A stretch of DNA of 64,000 nt, from positions 13,306 to 77,305 of the forward strand of contig CAZQBY010000005.1 of assembly GCA_964592405.1 (NCBI GenBank). The letters are read 5' to 3'. Positions within the stretch are counted from its first letter, which is position 1. Each line of letters begins with the position of its first letter. The notes below the pieces were generated by a model. It had not been told where the DNA came from and made no database searches. It saw only the letters and a list, made by a program, of their open reading frames with translations. Both the position numbers and the translations under genes were made by a program. This document shows, one piece after another, positions 37,255 through 47,808 of this stretch. This stretch comes from an uncultured archaeon (GTDB lineage Archaea; Altiarchaeota; Altiarchaeia; JAFGQM01).

Positions 37255-39570
37255 TCACCAGTCTGACAAGGACATCTGTCTGCCCATCCCCTTCAGCTCC
37301 TCCTCCTGATAGCCAAGTGCCTCCAATATGCGCATGACTGCTGGCAGGACCTGATTGTTGATGTAGTACTCGGCGTCGTAGTCGTTCTCGTCAACGAAGG
37401 CCAGCATCTCTGCCTTGTCGCTTATGGAAGAACCTTTTTTGGTTATGATGTACTGGATAACATCGCCCACCTGGACTTTTTTACCCCTTTTCTGGGCCTT
37501 TTTCGCTGCCATGACATGGGGGCCTATATTCTCATAGTCACCCAAAGAGCGTGTCAGTTGGGTGTGGATTATAAGATCCTTCAGGGGGACCCGGCCCTCC
37601 CGCAATTCCTGAACAACGCCCTTCACAATCTCCGCTGCCTTTTGCGGATTATTTTCCCACAGGATTGTGTTGAGGACGCGCTCCTGTGTCCTCTTGGCTA
37701 TGGGGGCCCAGTCACGGCGCCTGGTTTCCAGCCCCCTCACCATCAGGCGCTTGTTGGAATCTATCAGTGCATACCTCTTTTTTGTTACAAAAACCCCCCT
37801 TGGATAATAACCCTCAAACTCCAGCTCCATGGCGGGCGGTAGTTTGCTGTTTATTTTTCTCAGGAAATCGTTTTTCATCTGTTCTAGTTTCTTTCTCACC
37901 GGAAGGCCTGGTATGGAAATCATCAGACTGTCGGTATCTCCATACACAACATTATAGCCTTCCTTTTCCGCTGTCTTTATTGTATCCTTTATGTATTCTC
38001 TGCCCCATGCAGCAACCGAGCTGGCACACTCATTGTTATACCATCTTGCACGGGAGAAACCCATATATCCGTAAGCACTGTTGGCCAGAATCTTCAATGC
38101 CTGCTGCCGGGCGTCCAGACTCTTTATCCTTGTCTCGTCGCCCTTTGCTTCAATAAGCTTCTTCAGTTCAAGTTTGACCTTGGCCCGGCTTTTTAGTATC
38201 CCCTCCAAGAGCTCTGGTATGAGGCCCTTTCGTTTCTTGCAGAACCTTGCACCGTTTGGAGACACATGGGCATCGTCCTTGCAGCACTCGCAGTTTATTG
38301 TTGAGGGATCAACATTATGTGCGATTATTATAGAGGGGTATAGCGACCGGAAATCAAAGACAAGGATGTTATCATGAATTCCCTTCTTTGGCTCAACAAC
38401 ATAGGCTCCCTCATAGGTGTCCTTCTTCCGGCGGGCGTATTCCCTCTCATCCGGCTTTGACGGAACCAAAATCCCCTTGTCGTGCGCAATCTTCATCAGG
38501 AGCCACTCAATGGCATTGCCAGTCCCCATACGGGATACCTCAAATATCGGTTGACGTATAAGCTGGGCCAGCTCATATTGTGTCGGCAGGACCTCCACAG
38601 CTATCCTCAGGCACGAATCCGCATCGGAAATAGCGTAATCAAAAACCATGTCAGTGTTCTCTCCCTTATCCCACCATTCACTTATCCTCTCAACATCTAT
38701 GTCCGGCTTTTCTTCGTCAAAGAGTGCCCGGTGGACATCCTCAAGTGTGTAGCGTGGCAAATGGAACATCCTGCGACAGATTGGGTAGAGGTCTACATGC
38801 GGTCTTCCAGTAACGCGCGCTCCCATCTCCATGCCCCTGCGCTCCAGCTTGACTACGTAATCTGCAGCCCCCATGTTCAGGGGAATACCAAGGGCCTCTG
38901 AACACTCCTTCAATACAGGAAAATCAAAGTTGTCACCATTATAGGTAACTAGCAGGTCTATACCCTGCTTCCTTACAGTGTCTATGAGAGCCTGTATTAT
39001 GGCCTTCTCATCAGAAAGGTTTTCAACAATACTATTCTTTGAATCATACTTGTAGTTCCAGACTTTCCGAAGACCTGTACTGTCCGAGTAACTTATGACT
39101 ATTGGCCGGGTTTTTCCTCCACTCTGGACGGTTTCAATATCAAAGGCAGCTATCCTGAGAAGATCATTACGCGCCCCCTTCATCGGAACCAGATCTGAAT
39201 CTATGATATACCTCTGGACAAAACGTATGTCGTCCTCCCGCGTCTCAAGACAGTTTTTGAGTTCTGATATGCTGCCACGTATCTGTGGAACATTCCGCGG
39301 ATGCCCAACGACTATTCTAATCACATCCACCTCATTTGTGATATCTGTCTTCCTGACTATCTCTGCCTTTTTGATCTGCGGAAAACCGGCAGATTCTATT
39401 TCCCTGAGAAGGTCCTGCACGCTGGTCTTGGGCAGAGCAAAAAAATAGGGCTCAAAGCCCTGCACCTCTTTTATCTCCTTATCTCCACCTCTTTTTGAAG
39501 AGGGGTAAAAGAGCTCAATGACTGCCTTATCATCTTCAGTCTTGTATGCCGCATCGAGAAGGATGTCCAT
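37255..39570 (-). CDS. polB: Family B DNA polymerase
   Basis: Exo I FDIET, pol motifs YGDTDS and K-x3-NS-x-YG (KILANSAYGYMG); 771 aa; no intein. Confidence 0.95.
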   Translation of the reverse strand: MDILLDAAYKTEDDKAVIELFYPSSKRGGDKEIKEVQGFEPYFFALPKTSVQDLLREIESAGFPQIKKAEIVRKTDITNEVDVIRIVVGHPRNVPQIRGSISELKNCLETREDDIRFVQRYIIDSDLVPMKGARNDLLRIAAFDIETVQSGGKTRPIVISYSDSTGLRKVWNYKYDSKNSIVENLSDEKAIIQALIDTVRKQGIDLLVTYNGDNFDFPVLKECSEALGIPLNMGAADYVVKLERRGMEMGARVTGRPHVDLYPICRRMFHLPRYTLEDVHRALFDEEKPDIDVERISEWWDKGENTDMVFDYAISDADSCLRIAVEVLPTQYELAQLIRQPIFEVSRMGTGNAIEWLLMKIAHDKGILVPSKPDEREYARRKKDTYEGAYVVEPKKGIHDNILVFDFRSLYPSIIIAHNVDPSTINCECCKDDAHVSPNGARFCKKRKGLIPELLEGILKSRAKVKLELKKLIEAKGDETRIKSLDARQQALKILANSAYGYMGFSRARWYNNECASSVAAWGREYIKDTIKTAEKEGYNVVYGDTDSLMISIPGLPVRKKLEQMKNDFLRKINSKLPPAMELEFEGYYPRGVFVTKKRYALIDSNKRLMVRGLETRRRDWAPIAKRTQERVLNTILWENNPQKAAEIVKGVVQELREGRVPLKDLIIHTQLTRSLGDYENIGPHVMAAKKAQKRGKKVQVGDVIQYIITKKGSSISDKAEMLAFVDENDYDAEYYINNQVLPAVMRILEALGYQEEELKGMGRQMSLSDW

Positions 39571-39674
39571 TTAAGGCCTTAGGATAAAGATTTTTAATAA
39601 CTTTACAACAGGATTAATATATACCACAACCACCGCTCTTGCCTTTTTATTTCACATAATATAAAAGAAGTGGA

Positions 39675-39992
39675 ATGAGCAGACGGGAGCATGGTGAGAA
39701 AAGAGAAGAGCGCAGACCTAAGGGGAAAAAGGGTGAACTGCAACGGCAGCTGGAGCTTGTTAGCAGTCTTGTCGAGCAGGTCAGGGCCATGGACTCGGAA
39801 ATCGACCTTATAAAACAAAAAATCAACCTCATAATCAGAGAGATAAAAATCCTCAAACGGGCCGTCCTCGTGGAAAAAAAGGAGATCAAGGAGCTGAAAG
39901 TTGAAGAAGAGAAGGACAAGAGCCGGTTTGAGAGTATTCTTGGCATACTCAGGGGTTCAAAAGAGGGGGAAGAAGGGTCGGAAACCCCGTAA
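39675..39992 (+). CDS. Hypothetical coiled-coil protein, K/E-rich
   Basis: 105 aa; heptad-like LIKQKINLIIREIKILKRAVLVEKKEIKELK. Confidence 0.35.
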   Translation: MSRREHGEKREERRPKGKKGELQRQLELVSSLVEQVRAMDSEIDLIKQKINLIIREIKILKRAVLVEKKEIKELKVEEEKDKSRFESILGILRGSKEGEEGSETP

Positions 39993-39999
39993 CGGGCAA

Positions 40000-41163
40000 T
40001 CAAACTATCCTAATCTCTGCCGTTTCACCTATGAATTTTCTCTGTTTCCCATCGATCTCATAGGATATGGTAGCGCCCCTGACTTTTAATCTCCATCCAG
40101 CGTCAAGTGGTGGAATTTTCAGCGAGTAGGTTATAAACACTCGTCCACCGACATCAAGATCAAACTCCCACGTCAGGTTGTTGTCGGAGATGCTGACTGG
40201 TTTTGGGGAAAACTCTGATGGAGATAACGCCTTTGGAGGAGAATCAAATACCATGACAGAAATTGGCGACTTTTCTATATTTGATACTATGATTGTGCGC
40301 TCAAGCTCATTTGTCTTTCCATGAACGGCAGTATCGCTGGATAAAAAGGATTTTATGGCAGACCTGCCGAACTGTGACCGAAAATATATCAGCAGGCCTA
40401 TTATCAGTACCAGGGGCCCAAGTATAAGGGCTAATTTTACCGGCTCGAGGAGGCTGCTCTTCAAATCTTTTGCCCGCGCGATTAACCGGAATGCTTCATC
40501 CGCAGTTTTATGGGCCTCTGCCAATGCGGGGCTGTTCTCATCAGGTTTTAAAGAGGGTATTTCTTCAGAGGCATCAACATAGAGGCTCCTTGCGATTTTG
40601 AATTTCTCCCTTGCATTATCTAGCATAGACAACATACTCGGCGTTACCTGCGATGTCCGCTCTATTAGATCCTTCAGGTTTTCCACACCCGTAACACAAA
40701 CTGAGGAGATGGATGCCGGAAGGAGAAGCACCTTATCATATACCTCTTCCAGCAGGGAATCTGCACTTTCGTAGTCCTGCCTTTCATAGGCTGCCTCTGA
40801 ATCCGAGATTTTCTGGAGCAACGGCTCAATTTCAGCTTCTGCCTGCTCCACAGCGCGCGATTCCAGATTGGTTCTCATCTGCCCGATCAGATATTCCGAC
40901 TCATCAAGAGATAAGCGAAGATCTGAGTATTTCCTTAGAAATCGCATCTGTGGAGTTGAGAGCTGATCCCTAAGGGCATCGAGCTCCTTGGTTATCGAGA
41001 TTATTGTCTCAATATCCTTATTGGCACGTGCCAAATCGAGCTCCGCCTCCTTCTGGGTCATCTGTGATACCAACAGGGAGTAGGAGGATGTATCTATCGA
41101 GGAGGCAGAAGCCTGGAGTAGCATCACGAGCAGTAGGGCCGACAGGAATATTTTCCCAACCAT
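40000..41163 (-). CDS. Hypothetical secreted/membrane protein: signal peptide, long coiled coil, one TM, C-terminal beta-rich domain
   Basis: MVGKIFLSALLLVMLLQASASS signal; central TM LALILGPLVLIIGLLIYF. Confidence 0.45.
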   Translation of the reverse strand: MVGKIFLSALLLVMLLQASASSIDTSSYSLLVSQMTQKEAELDLARANKDIETIISITKELDALRDQLSTPQMRFLRKYSDLRLSLDESEYLIGQMRTNLESRAVEQAEAEIEPLLQKISDSEAAYERQDYESADSLLEEVYDKVLLLPASISSVCVTGVENLKDLIERTSQVTPSMLSMLDNAREKFKIARSLYVDASEEIPSLKPDENSPALAEAHKTADEAFRLIARAKDLKSSLLEPVKLALILGPLVLIIGLLIYFRSQFGRSAIKSFLSSDTAVHGKTNELERTIIVSNIEKSPISVMVFDSPPKALSPSEFSPKPVSISDNNLTWEFDLDVGGRVFITYSLKIPPLDAGWRLKVRGATISYEIDGKQRKFIGETAEIRIV

Positions 41164-41218
41164 TTTATTTTTATAGGGTCGCCATTAATTTAAACAGCCC
41201 TAAATTAAAACAAGTGAG

Positions 41219-41725
41219 ATGACCGGCCATGAGAGCGTCAGACATCTGGAGTGGTTTGACCATATGCTTGAGAGCACATTCACCATTGTTGCAGTAATAC
41301 TCTTTATAATATCCATTAGCCTTCTGATTCTTGGTCTGATAGAGCTGGTAAGGGGTTGGAACATTATGTTCGGCAGTCCTGCACTGGATCTCCTTGAGGA
41401 GACTCCATCAAGTGTATTGATAACCGGACTTGGTATGATTGTCATAGGGATAGCAGTACTTGACCTCACAAAATCCATACTGGACGAGAAGAGGGCTCAA
41501 ACAAGGCAGAAGAATGCACAGGAAAGAGCCCGGGATTTCCTTACCCGTTTTCTGCCAGTAATAATCTTCGCTATTTCAGCAGAAATCTTTGTAAGGATTG
41601 CTCAGGTAAGTTCAACAGTCCAGTCGGGCCTCTTCTTGGAGATGGCAATTGTGGGAATTGCCGTCGGGGTTATGCTGGGGGGGCTTGCGATATATCTTAG
41701 GATGACTGCAGCAGAGGGAAAGTAG
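41219..41725 (+). CDS. Hypothetical membrane protein (4 predicted TM)
   Basis: Hydrophobic helices; no recognisable motif. Confidence 0.4.
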   Translation: MTGHESVRHLEWFDHMLESTFTIVAVILFIISISLLILGLIELVRGWNIMFGSPALDLLEETPSSVLITGLGMIVIGIAVLDLTKSILDEKRAQTRQKNAQERARDFLTRFLPVIIFAISAEIFVRIAQVSSTVQSGLFLEMAIVGIAVGVMLGGLAIYLRMTAAEGK

Positions 41726-41782
41726 GCAGCAGGAGAGAAGCGGCTAGACTTCCCTTTCCAGCCGTATACCTCAGTTCTTAGA

Positions 41783-42949
41783 TTATGCGGCTCTGGCAGC
41801 CCCCCATCTCACAAGCAGGCTTGAGAACAGGGCCGGAATTATGAATTTGAAGACTATACTCGATGCCACAATTACCGAGTATAGTCCCACACCCACCAAA
41901 CCATTGTCAAAGAGTATCCTGATAATTATTATACTGGTGCTGAACCGCACGGATATCCCAATCCCCAGCAGAATGGAGTGCTTTGTTCCCAGTTCCTTTC
42001 TCCCAATAATCCAGCTTCCTAGGATCTTGGTTCCATTGGATACAAGGACAATCAGAAGTATGAGAAGCGGATAAGAAGCAAGATATCTTATATCCATGGT
42101 CGCTCCGATCCAGAGGAAGAATATGGGGGCAAAAAAGCCATAGCACATGGTTTTGACTTCGCTTTCTATCATATTCAGCCTCTTGGGGGGTATGAAGGTT
42201 TTGAGGGCGATACCAGAGATGAGGGCAGCAACGGGGGTTGCATATGCGTATTCACCAACCGCCAGAAACAGAAACAGAATGAAGAGCACAAACAGAAATG
42301 TGCTTTCAATATCCGAGAAGGCAAATCTTCTGCCTTCCTTTTTTAGTTTGGTCAGGCCAAAGGCCAAAGCGAAGAGTGTGAGAAGGGAAGCCAGTACTGC
42401 CACTATGCTTAAATGTGGTACCGAGGCACTGGACCCTATAACAACCATCAGACACACCAGCAGTATTATTTCAATCACATCATCCAGAATTCCAATTCCA
42501 ATTATGCTTTGTCCAAGTTTTGTGTTGATTATCCTGAATTCATCCAGAATAGGAATCAGGACTGCTTCACCAACCGTAGCAAAGGAGGTGGCCACGATAA
42601 TGGAAATAATCCAATCATAGCCAAAGACAAACCGGATCAGGAGACTTCCGAAAAAAGCCTCAAAAAGGATTACAAAAAAGGTTGCCCTGACTATAAACCA
42701 TTCCCGCTTCTTTAACTCCTTCAGATCCAGTTCAAATCCTATGACGAACAGCAGGAAATACATTCCAAGCTGGGCTAGGAAGAGAAAAGTGGGGGAGGAG
42801 GTAACTTCTATAAACGGGTTATGGACAGCAAGCAGGGCACCAAAGATGAGCGCTGCGAATACCCACGGCATGCGTATACGCTCCATCAGCCTCCCAACTA
42901 TGAAAGTAAACAGGAAGGCAATACTCAGGAACAGGAACAGATTAATCAT
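41783..42949 (-). CDS. Cation:proton antiporter (CPA1/CPA2, NapA/KefB-like)
   Basis: 388 aa, 11-12 TM, typical N-terminal ...GRLMERIRMPWVFAALIFGALL and acidic TM residues. Confidence 0.65.
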   Translation of the reverse strand: MINLFLFLSIAFLFTFIVGRLMERIRMPWVFAALIFGALLAVHNPFIEVTSSPTFLFLAQLGMYFLLFVIGFELDLKELKKREWFIVRATFFVILFEAFFGSLLIRFVFGYDWIISIIVATSFATVGEAVLIPILDEFRIINTKLGQSIIGIGILDDVIEIILLVCLMVVIGSSASVPHLSIVAVLASLLTLFALAFGLTKLKKEGRRFAFSDIESTFLFVLFILFLFLAVGEYAYATPVAALISGIALKTFIPPKRLNMIESEVKTMCYGFFAPIFFLWIGATMDIRYLASYPLLILLIVLVSNGTKILGSWIIGRKELGTKHSILLGIGISVRFSTSIIIIRILFDNGLVGVGLYSVIVASSIVFKFIIPALFSSLLVRWGAARAA

Positions 42950-43023
42950 GGTATTTATATGCAGAATCTAACCTAAGTATCTATATCTACATCCGAGGTT
43001 ATATAAAGTTTTACGGGTAGCTC

Positions 43024-43992
43024 CTATGTGGACTCCAAAAGCGCAACCCTGCTTTCCTCCTTTGTGTCCTTCAGCCTAAACCCCGTCAGTTCCCCGAGCC
43101 TCACGGCCGTCTCTGTTATCTCCTTCTGCGAGAGCATATTGTCCAAAGTTAGCCGTCTCCGGGAATAGCCAACACACATATAGGACTTCACTTCCACATA
43201 ATCCGGATCCGCCTTTTTTATTAGTTCTGCGAACTTTGGGAGGAATTTCGGATTGTCATTCCAGCCGCGGACCATGGTTACGCGTATCACGCGTCTGCAC
43301 CTGAAAAGCGGGAATATGTCTATGCTCTCATTGAGGCGCTCCCAGCCATCGGGGATAAGGGGGCGGTTGAGCTGTTTGTAAAGGCTCTTGGTTGGGGCCT
43401 CAAGACTCAGGTATAGTTGTGTCGGCTCCTTGCTGAGCTCCTTTAGCCTGTCTGGAAATGTCCCATTTGTGACAAGGAAAGTGGAAGTAAAATCATGTTT
43501 GTGAAAACTCTCGATAAGCTCTCCAATCTGCGGATATATGGTGGGCTCACCAGCTAGGCTGATGGCTGCGTGGTTTGGATATTGTGCCTCTTTCCACTTC
43601 TTCTGATCCACACGGTCCTTCAGCCCGCCATAACCGCTCAGGAGAAGGCGCTGCGCCCTGACAGATTCCTCCACTATGAAATCCGGGTCATCCCACTCCC
43701 TGAGCTCTGTTCCGATTGTCCACTCTACCGGGCGCCAGCAGAAGACGCACTTTTGCGTGCAGTATGCAACAGCCGGTGTCATCTGAAGACAGCGGTGGGA
43801 CCTGATGCCATAGAACTTCTCCTTGTAGCAGTAGTCTCTATTCATAAGGCTCCTTCTGAGCCACTCACAGGTCTTCACAGCCGAATGCCTGCCCACGAGG
43901 TGATAGTGTTGCTTCACCAGAAGCTTCCGCAATTCCTCCGGGAGTATCGGTTCTTTGGTTCCGGACTTCCCGCCCTCTTCCTCAGAAGCCAT
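43024..43992 (-). CDS. taw1: tRNA 4-demethylwyosine synthase Taw1/TYW1 (radical SAM)
   Basis: KQHYHLVGRHSAVKTC...YGIRSHRCLQMTPAVAYCTQKCVFCWRP matches the Taw1 N-terminal auxiliary and radical-SAM Cys clusters. Confidence 0.8.
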   Translation of the reverse strand: MASEEEGGKSGTKEPILPEELRKLLVKQHYHLVGRHSAVKTCEWLRRSLMNRDYCYKEKFYGIRSHRCLQMTPAVAYCTQKCVFCWRPVEWTIGTELREWDDPDFIVEESVRAQRLLLSGYGGLKDRVDQKKWKEAQYPNHAAISLAGEPTIYPQIGELIESFHKHDFTSTFLVTNGTFPDRLKELSKEPTQLYLSLEAPTKSLYKQLNRPLIPDGWERLNESIDIFPLFRCRRVIRVTMVRGWNDNPKFLPKFAELIKKADPDYVEVKSYMCVGYSRRRLTLDNMLSQKEITETAVRLGELTGFRLKDTKEESRVALLEST

Positions 43993-44118
43993 AGGCTGTA
44001 ATCTGAAACTGCTGACAGAAAAATGGCTTTTTTAGGGACATAAAATCTGTCCGAAAACCATCATGTTTTTATACTTTAAGGCGTTAACAATTCCGGTTTA
44101 TTCTTTTAACTGACTAAA

Positions 44119-44430
44119 ATGGCAAGATTTGTTGTTGCGAGGCAGTTGGGCGGTAAACGGGCCATTACGACCACCGGGAAGGAGATAGGCAGAATTGACG
44201 ACATAATAGTTGATGAGGCCACCGGCGAGATGGAGAGTATTATTATAGAACCGGACTCAGAAACAGCAGAAGATGTCAGGTTCCCAAAGGACAGCAGGGG
44301 CGACTTTGTAATACCTTTCAAGGCCGTGAGGGCAATTAGCGATGTGGTTGTTGTTGAGGAGGCCCCAGCGCCTGTCGGGCCCGCGGCTGCTCCGGCAGCA
44401 CCCAGACACCACCACCACAGCTCTGCTTAA
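44119..44430 (+). CDS. PRC-barrel domain protein with a Pro/Ala-rich, His4-containing C-terminal tail
   Basis: GKEIGRIDDIIVDEATGEMESIIIEP core; tail APAPVGPAAAPAAPRHHHHSSA. Confidence 0.55.
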   Translation: MARFVVARQLGGKRAITTTGKEIGRIDDIIVDEATGEMESIIIEPDSETAEDVRFPKDSRGDFVIPFKAVRAISDVVVVEEAPAPVGPAAAPAAPRHHHHSSA

Positions 44431-44487
44431 GCTCCACTTTCTCCAGACCCGTTAAACTTGTCAGATTCCAAGTCCCTGTAGGATGGG

Positions 44488-45267
44488 TTAGGACCTATCT
44501 AATCTTTTCTTACCTTCTTCTTTCACTGCCCTGACCAATCTGTGCACCTTTCCTTTGACATCCTTCGCATTTTCTATGGCAGTCCCCACTTGGACAGCGT
44601 CTGCGCCCGCCCTGATGTCGGTGCGCACCTGCTCCTCGGTCCGAATACCACCAGCAACAATATAGAAGGTCTTTGGGCTTATGACCGTGCTGACAGCCTT
44701 TACCATCTCTGCGGGAATAGGCCTTGGTGGGTTGGAGCCAGCATCCGTTAAGACAAACCTGAAGCCCATCATCTCAGCTGCCAGTGCAGTGGCGGCTGCA
44801 ATCTTCGGCTTGCTCAGGGGTATGGGTTTTGCGTCACCCACCCATGAAACTGTCCCCCCATCACCAACAACCAGATATGCGACCGGCAGCGGTTCGATGC
44901 CTATCTTCCTGATGACAGGTGCTGCAAGAGTCTGTGCCTCTGTTATCCAGTAGGGGTTACGGGAGTTGAGCATGGACATAAAATATATAGAGTCGGCTTT
45001 GGCGGTCAGTGTTGCTATATTGCCGGGGAAGAGATTTACCGGAATATCAACAACCTCTTTGATCTTGGAAACGGTTTCGTCGAGTGCCCGGCCCTGAACA
45101 CCTGTCGATCCCCCCACAACTATAAGATCGGCACCTGCTTCATAGGCGCTTGCAGCCACACCTGCAGCATCCTTCAGAGACTTGTAATCAAGAGGATCGA
45201 TGACCGCAAAGAACAGGGCACCATCCTCTCTCTTCTTGTCATTCAGATAATCCTCTACCTTCCCCAT
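44488..45267 (-). CDS. Geranylgeranylglyceryl phosphate synthase (GGGPS/PcrB family)
   Basis: 259 aa TIM-barrel; FFAVIDPLD start, VVGGSTG and C-terminal YIVAGGIRTEEQV phosphate-binding motif. Confidence 0.75.
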   Translation of the reverse strand: MGKVEDYLNDKKREDGALFFAVIDPLDYKSLKDAAGVAASAYEAGADLIVVGGSTGVQGRALDETVSKIKEVVDIPVNLFPGNIATLTAKADSIYFMSMLNSRNPYWITEAQTLAAPVIRKIGIEPLPVAYLVVGDGGTVSWVGDAKPIPLSKPKIAAATALAAEMMGFRFVLTDAGSNPPRPIPAEMVKAVSTVISPKTFYIVAGGIRTEEQVRTDIRAGADAVQVGTAIENAKDVKGKVHRLVRAVKEEGKKRLDRS

Positions 45268-45306
45268 CGCTCCTATATTTTAATACAAACCCATAAAAAC
45301 CTACTG

Positions 45307-46581
45307 ATGGCAGATTTGTTGGTGAGGGGTGGGAAGATCGTCGGACCAACAACAATACTCGAGGCCAATTTGGTTATAGACGATGGCAGGATATCAAACA
45401 TCACCAAGCAGGACGTCCCAGCAGATGAGACAGTGGATGCGCGCGGACTTTATGTCATCCCCGGTCTGATAGATGCACACGTACACTTTCGTGACTTTGG
45501 GCAATCCTACAAGGCCGACTGGAAGAGTGAGTCACGTGCAGCCGCCGCTGGCGGCGTCACGACGGTCCTTGACATGCCCAACAACAAGCCCAGTATAAAT
45601 AATAACAGGCGCCTGGAAGAGAAGCGGGAGATTGCCAGTAAGAAAAGCATTGTCGACTTCGGTCTGTATTTTGGAGCAGAGAACAACAATTTAGAGGAGA
45701 TAAAAAATCTGGAGAATATTGCCGGAGTCAAGTTTTTCTTGGGAAAGAGCACAGGTGATCTGCTCTTCAATGAGGAAAATCTGCCTCAATTCTTCAGGGT
45801 GCTTAAGGAGAGGGGCATGCTCGCTGCCTGCCACTGTGAAAAGCTCGCTCTCCTTGAGAAATACAGGAGAGATAATTTCAGATATTTCTCTGATGTGCGC
45901 CCGACAATATGTGAGAGCATGTCCATAAGGGATGTTATCCACAGCATGCATAACAACAGGGTACATATCTGCCATGTTACAAGTGATATGGGAGTAAGGG
46001 AGATTATCAAGGCAAAAAAACTAAACAGAAAGTTCAGTTGCGAGGTTACCCCACAACACCTCCTTCTCAGCAAGCTCGATGAGGCTGATGCCGGCAGTTA
46101 TCTGAAAATGTATCCCCCTCTGCGCCCAAAGCCTGACCAGACAGCTCTCCGGCGCGCATTAAAAGCCGGTATAATCGATATGGTTGTCACAGATCATGCA
46201 CCCCATACTATTGAGGAGAAAGGAGAGGACTTCGACAAAGCCCCCGGCGGCGTTCCGGGAATAGAGACACGCCTGCCGCTAGTACTTGGCATTCTCGAAC
46301 TTAGGGGGCTGGTCGAAACGTGTGCGCGCAGACCAGCCGAAATATTCCATATAGAGAGAAAGGGTATCCTGAGTGAGGGATATGATGCAGATTTTGTACT
46401 GCTGGATTTGAATAAAGAATACAGGATAAGGAATGATGCCCTTTTCACAAAATGCGGCTGGAGTCCCTTCAACGGCTGGACCGTCAGGGGAAAAGTTGAA
46501 GCAACATATGTAAGGGGGTCTCAGGTATTCGATGGGGAGCAACCCATAGAAAACAAGGGCTCTGAAGTCCGGTTCACCTAA
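45307..46581 (+). CDS. pyrC: Dihydroorotase
   Basis: PGLIDAHVHFRD metal-binding HxH, amidohydrolase fold, 424 aa. Confidence 0.85.
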   Translation: MADLLVRGGKIVGPTTILEANLVIDDGRISNITKQDVPADETVDARGLYVIPGLIDAHVHFRDFGQSYKADWKSESRAAAAGGVTTVLDMPNNKPSINNNRRLEEKREIASKKSIVDFGLYFGAENNNLEEIKNLENIAGVKFFLGKSTGDLLFNEENLPQFFRVLKERGMLAACHCEKLALLEKYRRDNFRYFSDVRPTICESMSIRDVIHSMHNNRVHICHVTSDMGVREIIKAKKLNRKFSCEVTPQHLLLSKLDEADAGSYLKMYPPLRPKPDQTALRRALKAGIIDMVVTDHAPHTIEEKGEDFDKAPGGVPGIETRLPLVLGILELRGLVETCARRPAEIFHIERKGILSEGYDADFVLLDLNKEYRIRNDALFTKCGWSPFNGWTVRGKVEATYVRGSQVFDGEQPIENKGSEVRFT

Positions 46582-46641
46582 ACCTTTTATATGCCAAATC
46601 TCTAAAATAAATAAATTCTCACCTTGTAGCGGAGACGCTGC

Positions 46642-47757
46642 ATGTTGAGTGGGGGTTTGATGGTAAGGGGCGCGCTTATACTACAGGATGGCACAGTTGT
46701 TGAGGGGGAAGGTTTTGGAGCCATCAAGGATGCCGAGGGAGAGGTAGTTTTTAATACCTCAATGGCTGGCTATCAGGAATGTCTGACAGACCCTTCGTAT
46801 AAATATCAGATACTCATGCCCACATACCCACTCATAGGCAACTATGGCATAACCCCGGAACGCTTTGAGTCAGACAGGATTCAGGTTGAGGGGTTCATTG
46901 TCAGGCAACTCTGTGAGAAGCCCAGTCATGGCCGCATGCTCAAGAAGCTGGATGAGTGGCTGGAGGAGGAGGACATACCGGGCCTGCAGGGAGTTGATAC
47001 CCGTTTTCTGACGCGGAAAATAAGGAATATGGGAGTAATGAATGGTATTCTGAAACTTCCTTATGAGCCCAGGGAGCTCGATGGTCTGAAAGAGCGCGCA
47101 CAGAAGTTGAAATCGATCTCGGAGCTGGATCTGGTGGACCTAGTCACAGTAAAAAAGCCTATGCTACATGAGCCAAAGAGCGGTGAGATTAGGAAGACTG
47201 TGGTCCTCATAGACTGTGGAACCAAGATGTCCATAGTCCGGAATCTGGTGGACAGAGGGTGCAGGGTTATACGTGTGCCGGCAGGGACAGCTGCAAAAAA
47301 TCTTTTGGACTACAATCCGGATGGCGTGATGATATCAAACGGCCCAGGCGACCCGGAGCGCGCGGATTACGTAACCAAAAATATCAAAAAACTTATTGAT
47401 GAACAGTTGCCCATATTTGGTATATGCTTTGGCAACCAGCTTGTTGGGCGTGCACTGGGAGGAAAGACATACAAACTGAAGTTCGGCCACCGTGGTGCCA
47501 ACCAACCGGTGAAGGATCTGCAAACCAACAAGGTCTATGTCACATCCCAGAACCATGGCTTTGCATTGGATGCGGATAGCCTTCCCAAGGACGAGGTAAA
47601 GGTTACTCACATCAACCTGAATGACAACAGCGTAGAGGGCATAGCCCACAAATCACTGCCTGTATACACTATCCAGTATCATCCAGAGGCACATGCCGGT
47701 CCATGGGACAGCGAATATCTTTTTGACGATTTTATAGCCATGATGCAGTCTCACTGA
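46642..47757 (+). CDS. carA: Carbamoyl-phosphate synthase small subunit (glutaminase)
   Basis: GATase catalytic GICFGNQL, His-Glu near C-terminus. Confidence 0.92.
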   Translation: MLSGGLMVRGALILQDGTVVEGEGFGAIKDAEGEVVFNTSMAGYQECLTDPSYKYQILMPTYPLIGNYGITPERFESDRIQVEGFIVRQLCEKPSHGRMLKKLDEWLEEEDIPGLQGVDTRFLTRKIRNMGVMNGILKLPYEPRELDGLKERAQKLKSISELDLVDLVTVKKPMLHEPKSGEIRKTVVLIDCGTKMSIVRNLVDRGCRVIRVPAGTAAKNLLDYNPDGVMISNGPGDPERADYVTKNIKKLIDEQLPIFGICFGNQLVGRALGGKTYKLKFGHRGANQPVKDLQTNKVYVTSQNHGFALDADSLPKDEVKVTHINLNDNSVEGIAHKSLPVYTIQYHPEAHAGPWDSEYLFDDFIAMMQSH

Positions 47758-47808
47758 TGGGAATTGCTAGAACCGCTGATAAGGACAGAAATATGGAAAA
47801 AGTGGGAA

